This document shows positions 18,226 through 26,854 of a stretch of 64,000 nt of DNA, piece by piece. The stretch lies in IMG/VR virus record IMGVR_UViG_3300030330_005139; one strand, given 5' to 3'. Source of the stretch: a virus. Lineage: Duplodnaviria > Caudoviricetes. Within the stretch, counting starts at the first letter, position 1. Each line of letters starts with the position of its first letter. The translations under genes were made by a program, and so were the position numbers. The notes beneath the pieces are model-generated. The model was not told the origin of the DNA and ran no database searches. It saw only the letters and a list, made by a program, of their open reading frames with translations.

Positions 18226-18297
18226 TGCCCTGTAGCACAACGGCAGTGCAGGAAGCTGTTAACTTCAAGGTTACTGGTTCGAATCCAGTCGGGGCAG
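18226..18297 (+). tRNA. tRNA-Asn(GTT)
   Basis: TGCCCTG/CGGGGCA acceptor stem, GAAG-CT-GTT-AA-CTTC anticodon arm. Confidence 0.92.
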
Positions 18298-18299
18298 TA

Positions 18300-18428
18300 A
18301 ACGGATTGGCGACATCCGTGCTCACATCTCCAGGAGAAAAAAGAACTGGAACACCAACCCATGTGAGAGAGAGGTGGGACCCCTCTTGAGCCCTTCAGTG
18401 GTAATCTGCAGGTTATCACTGTCGCCTA
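18300..18428 (+). ncRNA. manA-like structured RNA between tRNAs
   Basis: Stems CGGAT/ATCCG, CTCACAT/ATGTGAG, TCCAG/CTGGA and CAGTGGTAATC/GGTTATCACTG. Loop GGCGAC can pair with GTCGCC. manA RNAs are known beside cyanophage tRNAs; the family call is from memory. Confidence 0.55.
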
Positions 18429-18501
18429 GCCCGAATAGCTCAGCGGTAGTAGCGTCTCCCTTACAAGGAGAATGTCGGCGGTTCGATCCCGTCTTCGGGC
18501 A
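18429..18501 (+). tRNA. tRNA-Val(TAC)
   Basis: GCCCGAA/TTCGGGC acceptor stem, TCTCC-CT-TAC-AA-GGAGA anticodon arm. Confidence 0.95.
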
Positions 18502-18517
18502 TTTCACACAAAGACTT

Positions 18518-18748
18518 ATGTGGAGAATCTGGTGTTACGCACTTGGTAAAAAGGAAGGTCGTAACAAGAAAGACGCAGATCGAATTGCTCTCCTAAGAAC
18601 CTTCATTCTTTTCGCATATCTCATCACTAATTGTTTCATTGTCGCTGGTGTTATCAGACACTGGAACACTGAAGGTAAGACATTGATTTACATGTGTCAG
18701 GAAGAAAGAAACATGAGAAGGTCTTGTACATTAGTGTCTGAAAACTAA
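18518..18748 (+). CDS. Small membrane protein
   Basis: MWRIWCYALG..ADRIA..TNCFIVAGVIRHW. ATG 18518. Confidence 0.7.
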   Translation: MWRIWCYALGKKEGRNKKDADRIALLRTFILFAYLITNCFIVAGVIRHWNTEGKTLIYMCQEERNMRRSCTLVSEN

Positions 18749-18810
18749 CACATAAGATTTATTGTTGATATTGATTCTCTTATAATTAGTTGGGCAATAA
18801 AGATTTTTGT

Positions 18811-19134
18811 ATGAAATTCCTATTCGCACTAATCGCAACATTGTTCCTTGCTCTCCCTGCCTGGGCAGTGGATGTAACCATGGGAGCAAATGGTAATCTG
18901 GTCTTTGAACCAAATGAATTCACTGTCTCTGCGGGTGACACTGTTCACTTTGTGAATGGTATGTTGCCACCACATAACATCATTGTTGAGGGAAGAGATG
19001 ATCTTTCCAAAGACGAACTCCTGTTTGCGACAGGTGACACACAAGACATTGTTTTTCCTGACGCTGGTGATTATAACTTCTACTGTGGACCTCACCAGGG
19101 TGCTGGAATGACGGGAGTGGTGCATGTAGAATGA
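18811..19134 (+). CDS. petE: Plastocyanin
   Basis: Signal peptide, PHNI, and Cu ligands C-GP-H-QGAG-M. Confidence 0.95.
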   Translation: MKFLFALIATLFLALPAWAVDVTMGANGNLVFEPNEFTVSAGDTVHFVNGMLPPHNIIVEGRDDLSKDELLFATGDTQDIVFPDAGDYNFYCGPHQGAGMTGVVHVE

Positions 19135-19274
19135 TTGATGAACATGGTTGGACACAGAGGGATCCCATCAGTGAAGATGAGTTGATCCTTCTTTGTGTCA
19201 AGAATGCCCCCTGTGGCACAGATCGAAAACAAGTATTAGCCCTTATTAAAAAGTACGAAGAAAAACTAAAATGA
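19131..19274 (+). CDS. Small hypothetical protein (47 aa; not in ORF track)
   Basis: ATGA-coupled to both petE and talC. Confidence 0.65.
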   Translation: MIDEHGWTQRDPISEDELILLCVKNAPCGTDRKQVLALIKKYEEKLK

Positions 19275-19921
19275 AAATCTTTTTGGACACAGCCGACACT
19301 GAAGTGATCAGAAAGCACTTCAGCACTGGTCTTGTTGATGGTGTAACAACTAACCCAACTCTTATTCGGAAGTCTGGACGAAATCCAGAAGAGGTTTACC
19401 AGGAGATTAAAGACATTGGTGTCAAGGACATCAGCATGGAAGTCAGTGGAACTGCTGACGAGATGTTCTCAGAGGGTGTTAGACTCTTTGAGAAGTTTGG
19501 TGATGTCTCCACCATCAAGGTTCCCTGCACTCGCGAAGGGCTTGACGCCTGTTATCGTTTGAGTAAGGAACTTGTCAAAACAAATGTGACTCTTGTGTTT
19601 TGTGCGGCTCAGGCAATCCTGGCAGCCAAGGCAGGAGCAACTTATGTTTCTCCTTTCGTTGGTCGTCTTGATGACCAGTCTGTTGCAGGTCTTGAGGTGG
19701 TTCGTTCCATCACTGGACTTTATCAGATCCATGGCATCAGAACTCAGGTTCTCTCTGCATCGATTCGTTCCATTCAGAGAGTTGTTCGTTCTTATTACAA
19801 TGGGGCTCAGGTTGTAACAATGCCTCCAGACATCTTTGATAAGATGTATGATCACATCCTTACAGATGCTGGAATGGAGATCTTTGAGAAGGATCTCAAA
19901 CTCGTAGAAACTTTTACTTAA
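19271..19921 (+). CDS. talC: Transaldolase (TalC/MipB family)
   Basis: IFLDTA, GVTTNP, IKVP, YVSPFVGRLDD motifs. Confidence 0.96.
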   Translation: MKIFLDTADTEVIRKHFSTGLVDGVTTNPTLIRKSGRNPEEVYQEIKDIGVKDISMEVSGTADEMFSEGVRLFEKFGDVSTIKVPCTREGLDACYRLSKELVKTNVTLVFCAAQAILAAKAGATYVSPFVGRLDDQSVAGLEVVRSITGLYQIHGIRTQVLSASIRSIQRVVRSYYNGAQVVTMPPDIFDKMYDHILTDAGMEIFEKDLKLVETFT

Positions 19922-19932
19922 GGAGAAACCTA

Positions 19933-20076
19933 ATGGGTAAGAAATCTCGTAAGAATAGTAAGGGAGACACTTGGGAGTGGGAAGAGACTCCTGAGATGAC
20001 TGAAGCACTTAAGAGGCTTCACGATGACATTCGTAAGGCTGAGTCTGAGGCTTCAGATTACGGTGTCGGTAAATAA
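19933..20076 (+). CDS. Small hypothetical protein (47 aa)
   Basis: AGGAG Shine-Dalgarno; MGKKSRKNSKGDTWEWEETPEM... Confidence 0.65.
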   Translation: MGKKSRKNSKGDTWEWEETPEMTEALKRLHDDIRKAESEASDYGVGK

Positions 20077-20102
20077 ATAACCAAGTAAGATTTTACAAAC
20101 AT

Positions 20103-20237
20103 ATGAAACTTTTACAAGTCGCTGGGCTTCTCGGCGTAGTTGCCTTCCTTGGAGCTGGTGTGATTCATGGCCAGTTCCACATTTACAATAGTTCAATTCC
20201 TCATGTTCATGAGAATGGTGTCATTCACGCTCATTGA
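20103..20237 (+). CDS. Small exported or membrane His-rich protein (44 aa)
   Basis: Hydrophobic N-terminus followed by HGQFH..PHVHENGVIHAH. Late promoter upstream. Confidence 0.65.
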   Translation: MKLLQVAGLLGVVAFLGAGVIHGQFHIYNSSIPHVHENGVIHAH

Positions 20238-20264
20238 TAAATATTCTCGTGAATATAACACATT

Positions 20265-20459
20265 ATGGATTACAAACCTTACTCCCCAGAATGGCATCGT
20301 AAAAGATACTTAAAAGAGGCACTAGACAAGTACCTTGACGACTATGTTGAAAATGACATTATTGTGGGGGACATTCTGGACATTATTTGCGCCCGTCAAG
20401 AACGGGCACACGCAGAGTATCTCAAATTAGAAGACTTAGAGTTAAAACTTCGGGAGTAA
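20265..20459 (+). CDS. Hypothetical protein
   Basis: MDYKPYSPEWHRKRYLKEA ORF after a late promoter. Confidence 0.7.
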   Translation: MDYKPYSPEWHRKRYLKEALDKYLDDYVENDIIVGDILDIICARQERAHAEYLKLEDLELKLRE

Positions 20460-20460
20460 A

Positions 20461-20775
20461 ATGTTATCAACTCAATACAGACTCAGACTTGAGTCCATTT
20501 GCAGATGTATTGCTAACAAAGAACAAGTTCCTTTGGAAGACATGATCTGGGCAGAGAAACTTGCCAAAGCTCATACTCTTGCGAGGGACTGGCTACAGAA
20601 AGCGAGACGACAAGCTTCTCAAGATATTGAAGAAGGTAGCACAGATGATTTTCTTAATAGGATGGGTCTTGGGGACCCCGATCCATCCAATCACAGAACG
20701 GGGTTCTCTGGAGCGGATGAAATCGTAGATTGGTTTAAACAAGATAAACCCGATGATTGGAGGCAAAGGGACTAA
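20461..20775 (+). CDS. Conserved cyanophage hypothetical protein
   Basis: MLSTQYRLRLE..GLGDPDPSNH..DWRQRD. Confidence 0.75.
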   Translation: MLSTQYRLRLESICRCIANKEQVPLEDMIWAEKLAKAHTLARDWLQKARRQASQDIEEGSTDDFLNRMGLGDPDPSNHRTGFSGADEIVDWFKQDKPDDWRQRD

Positions 20776-21023
20776 TGCAATCAGTAATCTATTCAAATAA
20801 AAATCAAGAGTCCGAAAGAGCTGTCATGCTTCTTTCAAATATGAAAGAAGATTTCCATGAGTATGTTCTGGGTAAGGACTTTACTGAGAATCAGTTTCAA
20901 GCAGAGTTTGGTGAAACTGCTGAGTATCCACAGATTGCCATTGGATTGGTTCACAGAGGAGGGTTGAAAGAGACCCTTCAGTTTATGAAAGAAAACAATT
21001 ACTTTGACTTGAGAAATGAATGA
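20775..21023 (+). CDS. Glutaredoxin-fold protein lacking CxxC
   Basis: VIYS..F.AEFG..AEYPQI..GG pattern parallels the glutaredoxin at 41568. Confidence 0.65.
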   Translation: MQSVIYSNKNQESERAVMLLSNMKEDFHEYVLGKDFTENQFQAEFGETAEYPQIAIGLVHRGGLKETLQFMKENNYFDLRNE

Positions 21024-21189
21024 TGTTGTCAGAGGTCTTATGGGGAATGACTTTTTCCTTGCCTCTCTTTGTTATCTTCTAGTTGTGGTCCCCACACTGG
21101 GGATTGCTTATGTCCACAGACCAAGGAAAAAGGTTGAGTTGTCCGATGAGGACAAACATCTTTACACGAATCACGATGAAGGGCCTTGA
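21016..21189 (+). CDS. Small membrane protein (57 aa)
   Basis: FFLASLCYLLVVVPTLGIAYV transmembrane segment. Confidence 0.55.
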   Translation: MNDVVRGLMGNDFFLASLCYLLVVVPTLGIAYVHRPRKKVELSDEDKHLYTNHDEGP

Positions 21190-21214
21190 CAGGAACCGTT
21201 TTTTCCCTTACACT
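21186..21214 (+). promoter_or_regulatory. sigma70-type early promoter
   Basis: TTGACA, 17 bp spacer, TACACT. Confidence 0.7.
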
Positions 21215-21235
21215 AAGAGAGTAAACAGTCGAATC

Positions 21236-21451
21236 ATGACCATCACAACAAAGTTCAAGAAAGACATTCAAACTCTTCGCGGTGCTTCTAACGGTGACTT
21301 TCTCTTGGATGTGAGAAATCCAAAACTCTTCAAGAAAGTTCGTCGTTATTACGAAAATGAAGGGATTGTTTTTTCTGGTGACCATCTTGATGATTATGAA
21401 ATTCTGATGGAACAAATTTGTGCAGATCTTGAATCCATTGAAGTGGCATAA
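21236..21451 (+). CDS. Conserved hypothetical protein, copy 1
   Basis: MTITTKFKKD..LDVRNPKLFKKVRRYYENEG. Paralog of 22086. Confidence 0.8.
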   Translation: MTITTKFKKDIQTLRGASNGDFLLDVRNPKLFKKVRRYYENEGIVFSGDHLDDYEILMEQICADLESIEVA

Positions 21452-22089
21452 TGAATTATACGTTCCCAATAAATTTTGTTTACTGGAAACAAGTTCCAAA
21501 TCATAAAAAAATTAAAGATTACTTGTTACCAATCATAAAAAAGAAAAAAAAAGAAACCAAATCAAGTGGACCACACGGTTGGGAATGTGATATCAATACA
21601 AGTTTCTCAATGGGTTTTGACTTTAATAGTTTTCTTTTTGAAGATAAAATTGTCAAACAAATTGTTTGGGAATCAATTGATTCTATGTTTGAAGAACTGA
21701 ATAGTTTAGATGTTCCAAATTCTTCAATTGTTAAAGAACAGTGGTATAACATTTATACTAAAGATTCTCAAGATCAATATCAAGAAATACATCATCATTT
21801 ATCAGAATATCCAGTCATTCATAATGACATAGAATATTTTCCATCATATTCTTTGATATATGTTCTTCAGAGTCAAACAGAAAAGAATCCAACTGTTTTC
21901 CTTTCTCCTGGACCTCATACAGGAAGACCTGCTACCACTAGTGACATCTATTTTGATACCTCAAACCATGATACAATAGGTGAGGGTACGGTTATTATTT
22001 TTCCGTGTCACTTAAGACATTATGTCAAACCAACAAAACAAAATAGAATAACACTATCATACAACATTTTTTCTGATCTTCGATCATGA
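21451..22089 (+). CDS. 2OG-Fe(II) oxygenase-like protein (AT-rich)
   Basis: WYNIY..YQEIHHH, EGTVIIFPCHLRHYV..RITLSYN. Confidence 0.75.
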   Translation: MNYTFPINFVYWKQVPNHKKIKDYLLPIIKKKKKETKSSGPHGWECDINTSFSMGFDFNSFLFEDKIVKQIVWESIDSMFEELNSLDVPNSSIVKEQWYNIYTKDSQDQYQEIHHHLSEYPVIHNDIEYFPSYSLIYVLQSQTEKNPTVFLSPGPHTGRPATTSDIYFDTSNHDTIGEGTVIIFPCHLRHYVKPTKQNRITLSYNIFSDLRS

Positions 22090-22292
22090 CCATTACAACA
22101 AAGTTCAAGAAAGACCTTCAGACTCTTGAAGGTGCAGCCAAGGGTGATTTCTTCCTTGATGTAAAGAATCCAAAACTTTTCAAAAAGGTCCGTAAGTTTT
22201 ATGAGAACGATGGTGTAGAATTCTCTGGTGATCCTCTGGATGACTATGACATCCTCATTGATTGTATTGCTGAAGACCTGGAAACTAAATGA
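22086..22292 (+). CDS. Conserved hypothetical protein, copy 2
   Basis: MTITTKFKKD..LDVKNPKLFKKVRKFYENDG. Confidence 0.8.
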   Translation: MTITTKFKKDLQTLEGAAKGDFFLDVKNPKLFKKVRKFYENDGVEFSGDPLDDYDILIDCIAEDLETK

Positions 22293-22543
22293 TCATGACA
22301 ACTAAAGTTATTTTTGAACGGTTCCCATACAGATACGTTGAAGCCGGTGTGCTGGAAAACGGATGTGGAGATTACCGAATTCAGAAAGCAGATAACTATA
22401 CCAAGAGGTATCGTGACATGTATCTTCTGGATAACAAGATGCAACTCTTGACTGCTATTGATGACCTCGATTACACGAAGTGGCTTGACCCGGAAGGGGT
22501 TCCCTGTTATGTAAAAGACACCGTATCAAAAAAGGAGGCATGA
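22289..22543 (+). CDS. Hypothetical protein
   Basis: Translationally coupled ORF. Confidence 0.7.
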   Translation: MIMTTKVIFERFPYRYVEAGVLENGCGDYRIQKADNYTKRYRDMYLLDNKMQLLTAIDDLDYTKWLDPEGVPCYVKDTVSKKEA

Positions 22544-22833
22544 TGGCCCTCAAATGGGAAACAGAAGAACTGGAGATCCTCAAAAAGAGGGAGGTTATTA
22601 TCTTCTCTGAAAACATCAAGAGAGAAGATTTAAATGATTCCGAACTACCAACAGACATTCATCTCATTGAATATCGAATTGGTGAAACACTTTATTGTGA
22701 CGCTGTGAGGTGTTACAAGAAGGTTCCAATCTTTGATGTTTATTATGATAAGTTGAAACCTCTTGGTGGAAAGATCATCTCCATCACAAATGGTTATGGT
22801 AAAATCAAACCAAAGTTGTTTCAAGCAAAGTAA
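22540..22833 (+). CDS. Hypothetical protein
   Basis: Coupled ORF with IFDVYYD..GYG motif. Confidence 0.7.
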   Translation: MMALKWETEELEILKKREVIIFSENIKREDLNDSELPTDIHLIEYRIGETLYCDAVRCYKKVPIFDVYYDKLKPLGGKIISITNGYGKIKPKLFQAK

Positions 22834-22836
22834 CTT

Positions 22837-22890
22837 CATAAATTAATGTGGGGAAGCATAAACTAATGTGGGGAAGTTTGTCTTCCCCTT
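22837..22890 (+). repeat. 20-bp tandem repeat overlapping a terminator-like hairpin
   Basis: CATAAATTAATGTGGGGAAG / CATAAACTAATGTGGGGAAG (19/20), followed by CTTCCCC-TT. Confidence 0.85.
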
Positions 22891-23091
22891 CTTCTTGCAA
22901 CTAAATAATAGTTGAAGTATCCATATCATCTAGGTGTGTCATCATGGACCAACACGATGAGTTCAGACAATTGGAGTGGCAGATCTACAAAACAAACCAA
23001 GAGGTTCGAACCTCAGTGGTTGAGAACTTGGGGGAGTTGTCTGTCTCTGGAATAGACATAAATATGGATAGTCTAATTACAGGAATTTCAC

Positions 23092-23241
23092 ATGGAAGGT
23101 ACCAAAAAGACGGCTAGCCGTAAATCTGCAAGTGGTGCATCGATGTCAAAGTATGACGTTGAAGTAGAAGCAAGACTGCAAGCTCTTGAGCAAAAACTTG
23201 AAGATCTCACTAAGAGACTTGCCAAGAAGATGTCTTTCTGA
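23092..23241 (+). CDS. Small coiled-coil protein (49 aa)
   Basis: SASGASMSKYDVEVEARLQALE. AGGA Shine-Dalgarno and late promoter upstream. Confidence 0.7.
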   Translation: MEGTKKTASRKSASGASMSKYDVEVEARLQALEQKLEDLTKRLAKKMSF

Positions 23242-23270
23242 TAAAATACAAATACAAGAAATCGTAAATC

Positions 23271-24326
23271 ATGGTTGACTATAAGAAAACTGCACTGGTT
23301 CTCGGTGCAGGTGGATTCATTGGATCTCACATGGTGAAAAGACTTCGGAGTGAAGGTTACTGGGTAAGAGGCGTAGACCTTAAGCGACCTGAATTCTCCG
23401 AGACAGAAGCCAACGAGTTCATTCAGGGAGACCTGACTGATGTTGACTTCGTTCGCCGTGTGTTAGAATTTCGTGGTTACCTTGGTAACTTTTATGAGTC
23501 TGTTCCTTACAGACTCGTTCGTCCCTTTGATGAGATCTATCAGTTCGCTGCCGACATGGGTGGTGCAGGTTTTGTCTTCACTGGTGAGAATGATGCAGAG
23601 ATCATGCACAACTCTGTTACCATTAACTTGAATGTTCTTGAGGAACAACGCAAGTTGAATGATCATAAGGGATCTAAATTTACCAAGATCTTCTACTCTG
23701 GATCAGCTTGTATGTATCCAGAACATAATCAACTTGATCCTGACAATCCTGACTGTCGTGAAGAATCAGCATACCCAGCAGACCCAGACTCAGAGTACGG
23801 ATGGGAGAAACTCTTCTCCGAGCGTTTGTACTTTGCTTATAATCGCAACCATGGCATCCCTGTTCGGGTTGCTCGATATCATAACATCTTTGGGCCAGAA
23901 GGAACCTGGGAAGGAGGACGAGAGAAAGCCCCAGCAGCCATGTGTAGGAAGGTAGCATATCTTCCTTATGATGGTGGAGCCATTGAGGTGTGGGGTGATG
24001 GTGAACAGACCCGTTCGTTCCTTTACATCGATGAGTGCATCGAAGCAACTCGTCGCTTGATGGACTCTGAATTCATGGGCCCTGTCAACATTGGTTCTGA
24101 GGAGATGGTCACCATCAACAAACTGGTTGACACGGCAGCAAATGTTGCCAACAAAGAAGTAAGAAAGATTCACGTCGATGGACCCCTGGGTGTTCGTGGT
24201 CGTAACTCTAACAACGATCTCATCCGTGAGAAGTTGGGTTGGGATTACTCTCAGACATTGGAAGAGGGAATCCGTAAAACATATGAATGGATTAAAGAAC
24301 AAGTATCATTGAAGAACACTAAATGA
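23271..24326 (+). CDS. NAD-dependent epimerase, GDP-mannose 3,5-epimerase-like
   Basis: GAGGFIG, AADMGGAG, YGWEK, GREKAPAA.CRK, GVRGRNS. Confidence 0.9.
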   Translation: MVDYKKTALVLGAGGFIGSHMVKRLRSEGYWVRGVDLKRPEFSETEANEFIQGDLTDVDFVRRVLEFRGYLGNFYESVPYRLVRPFDEIYQFAADMGGAGFVFTGENDAEIMHNSVTINLNVLEEQRKLNDHKGSKFTKIFYSGSACMYPEHNQLDPDNPDCREESAYPADPDSEYGWEKLFSERLYFAYNRNHGIPVRVARYHNIFGPEGTWEGGREKAPAAMCRKVAYLPYDGGAIEVWGDGEQTRSFLYIDECIEATRRLMDSEFMGPVNIGSEEMVTINKLVDTAANVANKEVRKIHVDGPLGVRGRNSNNDLIREKLGWDYSQTLEEGIRKTYEWIKEQVSLKNTK

Positions 24327-25177
24327 GAGTTTTAATTCTTGGGTCGAGTGGGCAGATCGGTGCTTACTTGACCACTTACCTGAGAGATCAGGGACATGAA
24401 GCAATTGAGTTTGACATTGCTAAGCATCATGGTCATGATCTGACACAGATCCCCAATCACAATCTTGAACGTGAGGTGGAGAAGGCAGACTTCGTCTTCT
24501 TCCTTGCGTTTGATGTTGGTGGGTCACGTTATCTGAAGAAGTATCAACACACCTTCCAATTCATCGACAACAACGCCAGACTGATGGCGAACACATTTGG
24601 TTGCCTGGAGAAATGGAAGAAACCATTTGTCTTTGCATCCTCTCAGATGAGTAACATGAGTTACTCTCCTTATGGTGTTCTGAAGAATGTGGGAGAACTT
24701 TATACCAAATCTCTTGGTGGTAAGATCGTTCACTTCTGGAATGTTTATGGCATTGAGAAGGACCACGATAAGGCACACGTCATCACAGACTTCATCAAGA
24801 AAGGATTTGAGACTGGTGTGATTGATATGTTGACTGATGGAACAGAGGAGAGGGAGTTCCTTTACGCAGAAGACTGCTGTAAGGCACTGGAGATGTTGAT
24901 GAACAACCACGAGGAGTTCACTTCGGAGGATCCTCTTCATATCACCAGTTTCCACTCAACAACGATCAAAGAGGTTGCACAGATCATCGTGGGTCAATTC
25001 AATTTGATTGGTAAGAGTGTGGAACTCAAACCAGCGGAAGCAAAAGATCAAGTCCAACTTGATAAGAGAAACTCAGCAAACACTTTCATCACAAAGTGGT
25101 GGTTGCCAGAGACAACGATTGAACAAGGTATTGCTAAAGTATTTGAGGAAATGAAGAATGACTATCTCGTTCAATGA
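24323..25177 (+). CDS. NAD-dependent nucleotide-sugar epimerase/reductase
   Basis: GSSGQIG, YGVLK, WNVYG. Confidence 0.85.
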   Translation: MRVLILGSSGQIGAYLTTYLRDQGHEAIEFDIAKHHGHDLTQIPNHNLEREVEKADFVFFLAFDVGGSRYLKKYQHTFQFIDNNARLMANTFGCLEKWKKPFVFASSQMSNMSYSPYGVLKNVGELYTKSLGGKIVHFWNVYGIEKDHDKAHVITDFIKKGFETGVIDMLTDGTEEREFLYAEDCCKALEMLMNNHEEFTSEDPLHITSFHSTTIKEVAQIIVGQFNLIGKSVELKPAEAKDQVQLDKRNSANTFITKWWLPETTIEQGIAKVFEEMKNDYLVQ

Positions 25178-26051
25178 TCTTGGTAGAGCAGGTCGTCTGG
25201 GTAACCAGATGTTTCAGTATGCTGCCCTGAGAGGAATTGCAGCACACAAAGGTTACAACTGGATGATTCCTCCTGAGGATGCTCCTCGTCCAGACAACTA
25301 TGGTCTCCATGAGGCATTCAAACTTACTCATTGTAAGACTGAGAATGTTGGTGAGCAACAAGCAAAGCAACTCTCCTGGAGAGAGTTTCATTACAATCAA
25401 GACTTGATGGACAACATCCCTGATGGGATTGATGTGGATGGATACTTTCAAACAGAGAGATGGTTCAAACACATTGAAGATGAGATCAGAGAAGACTTCA
25501 CCTTCAAGAATGAGTGGTTGGATCCGTGTCTTGAGTACATTGAGAGCATTGGAAATAAGAAGTTGGTTTCTCTTCACATCAGAAGAGGTAACCCTAATCT
25601 TCAGGGTGAGAGAGGAGAGAAGTGGTCTTATCAACTACTCCAACACACTCATCCTCTGATGAAACAAGAATATTATGAGAGAGCACTTTCACACTTTGGT
25701 GATGATTATCAGGTGTTGGTGTTCTCTGACGTGATTGATTGGTGTAAGAAACAACCTTGGTTGCAAGGTGACAGGTTCCTCTTCTCTGACAACTCAAAGA
25801 TGTTGTTTGAGGATGGTGCATCTGTTCCCTATGTGGACCTGTGTTTGATGAGTCTCTGTTCTGATGCCATTATTGCCAACAGTAGTATGAGTTGGTGGGG
25901 TGCTTGGTTGATCAACAATCCTGACAAGAAGGTGGTTGCACCTAACCCTTGGTTTGGACCTGCAGTGTCTCACTACATCATGGACGATCTGATCCCTGAG
26001 GGTTGGATCGAAGAGTATAACGACCCTGCAGAAGTTCCCCCAGAAGTATGA
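25158..26051 (+). CDS. GT11 alpha-1,2-fucosyltransferase-like
   Basis: GRLGNQMFQYA, GYFQ, HIRRG, IIANSSMSWWGAWL. Confidence 0.9.
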   Translation: MTISFNDLGRAGRLGNQMFQYAALRGIAAHKGYNWMIPPEDAPRPDNYGLHEAFKLTHCKTENVGEQQAKQLSWREFHYNQDLMDNIPDGIDVDGYFQTERWFKHIEDEIREDFTFKNEWLDPCLEYIESIGNKKLVSLHIRRGNPNLQGERGEKWSYQLLQHTHPLMKQEYYERALSHFGDDYQVLVFSDVIDWCKKQPWLQGDRFLFSDNSKMLFEDGASVPYVDLCLMSLCSDAIIANSSMSWWGAWLINNPDKKVVAPNPWFGPAVSHYIMDDLIPEGWIEEYNDPAEVPPEV

Positions 26052-26854
26052 TTGGTTTTAATTATCTCGGAAAACTAGGACAACTTGGTAACCAGATGTT
26101 CCAGTATGCGACTGTGATGGGAGTGGCAAAGAACATTGGCACCTCTTATTGTATTCCAAATCATGATGAAGTCTTTGATGATGGGATTGGAAACAAACTT
26201 AGGATTGAATTGTTCAATGCCTTTGACATTAATCCAGAGAGAACTGGTTTTGTTCCTGGACCAAACATTCAAGAGAAGGACTTCACCTTTGACCCTTCTC
26301 TGTTTGAGATCCCATCTGATCATGATGCATCTCTTGTTGGTTTCTTCCAGACACAGAGATACTTTGAACACATCGCTGATGATGTGAGAAAGGAATTCAA
26401 GTTCAGACAACACATCGTTAATGATTGTAAGGAGATTGTTGAGGAGGTCTTTGAAGATCCCATTGCACTTCACATTAGAAGAGGTGATTATCTAATCAAC
26501 TCCGCCAATCATCACAACTTATCTCTGGAATATTATAAACAGGCACTCAAACGATTCCACAAAAAGAGACAAGTGATTATCTTCACAGATGATCCTAAGT
26601 GGGCATCTGAACAAAAGTTATTTGAATCAGATCGGTTTATAGTTTCAGAAGGGACTGGTTCTTACCATGATCTTTATCTCATGACACGGTGTAGTGATTT
26701 CATTATCGCTAACTCAACTTATTCTTGGTGGGGTGCATGGTTGGCAAACCATGGAAGAGTGATCGCACCAGCAAGATGGTTTGGTCCTAACAACCAACAT
26801 AAATCACTCAAAGATCTTTATCCATCCCATTGGGAAATCTTAGATTATGATTGA
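26048..26854 (+). CDS. GT11 alpha-1,2-fucosyltransferase-like
   Basis: GQLGNQMFQYA, HIRRGDY, IIANSTYSWWGAWL. Confidence 0.9.
   Translation: MIGFNYLGKLGQLGNQMFQYATVMGVAKNIGTSYCIPNHDEVFDDGIGNKLRIELFNAFDINPERTGFVPGPNIQEKDFTFDPSLFEIPSDHDASLVGFFQTQRYFEHIADDVRKEFKFRQHIVNDCKEIVEEVFEDPIALHIRRGDYLINSANHHNLSLEYYKQALKRFHKKRQVIIFTDDPKWASEQKLFESDRFIVSEGTGSYHDLYLMTRCSDFIIANSTYSWWGAWLANHGRVIAPARWFGPNNQHKSLKDLYPSHWEILDYD

Noticed and set aside
17784-18507. ORF-track proteins across the RNA cluster
   Set aside because: They overlap tRNAs and the tmRNA and are shadow ORFs.
22944-23117. Possible 57-aa ORF MDQHDEFRQLEW...
   Set aside because: No clear RBS or motif, and it overlaps a late promoter and the next gene. 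Not supportable without homologues.
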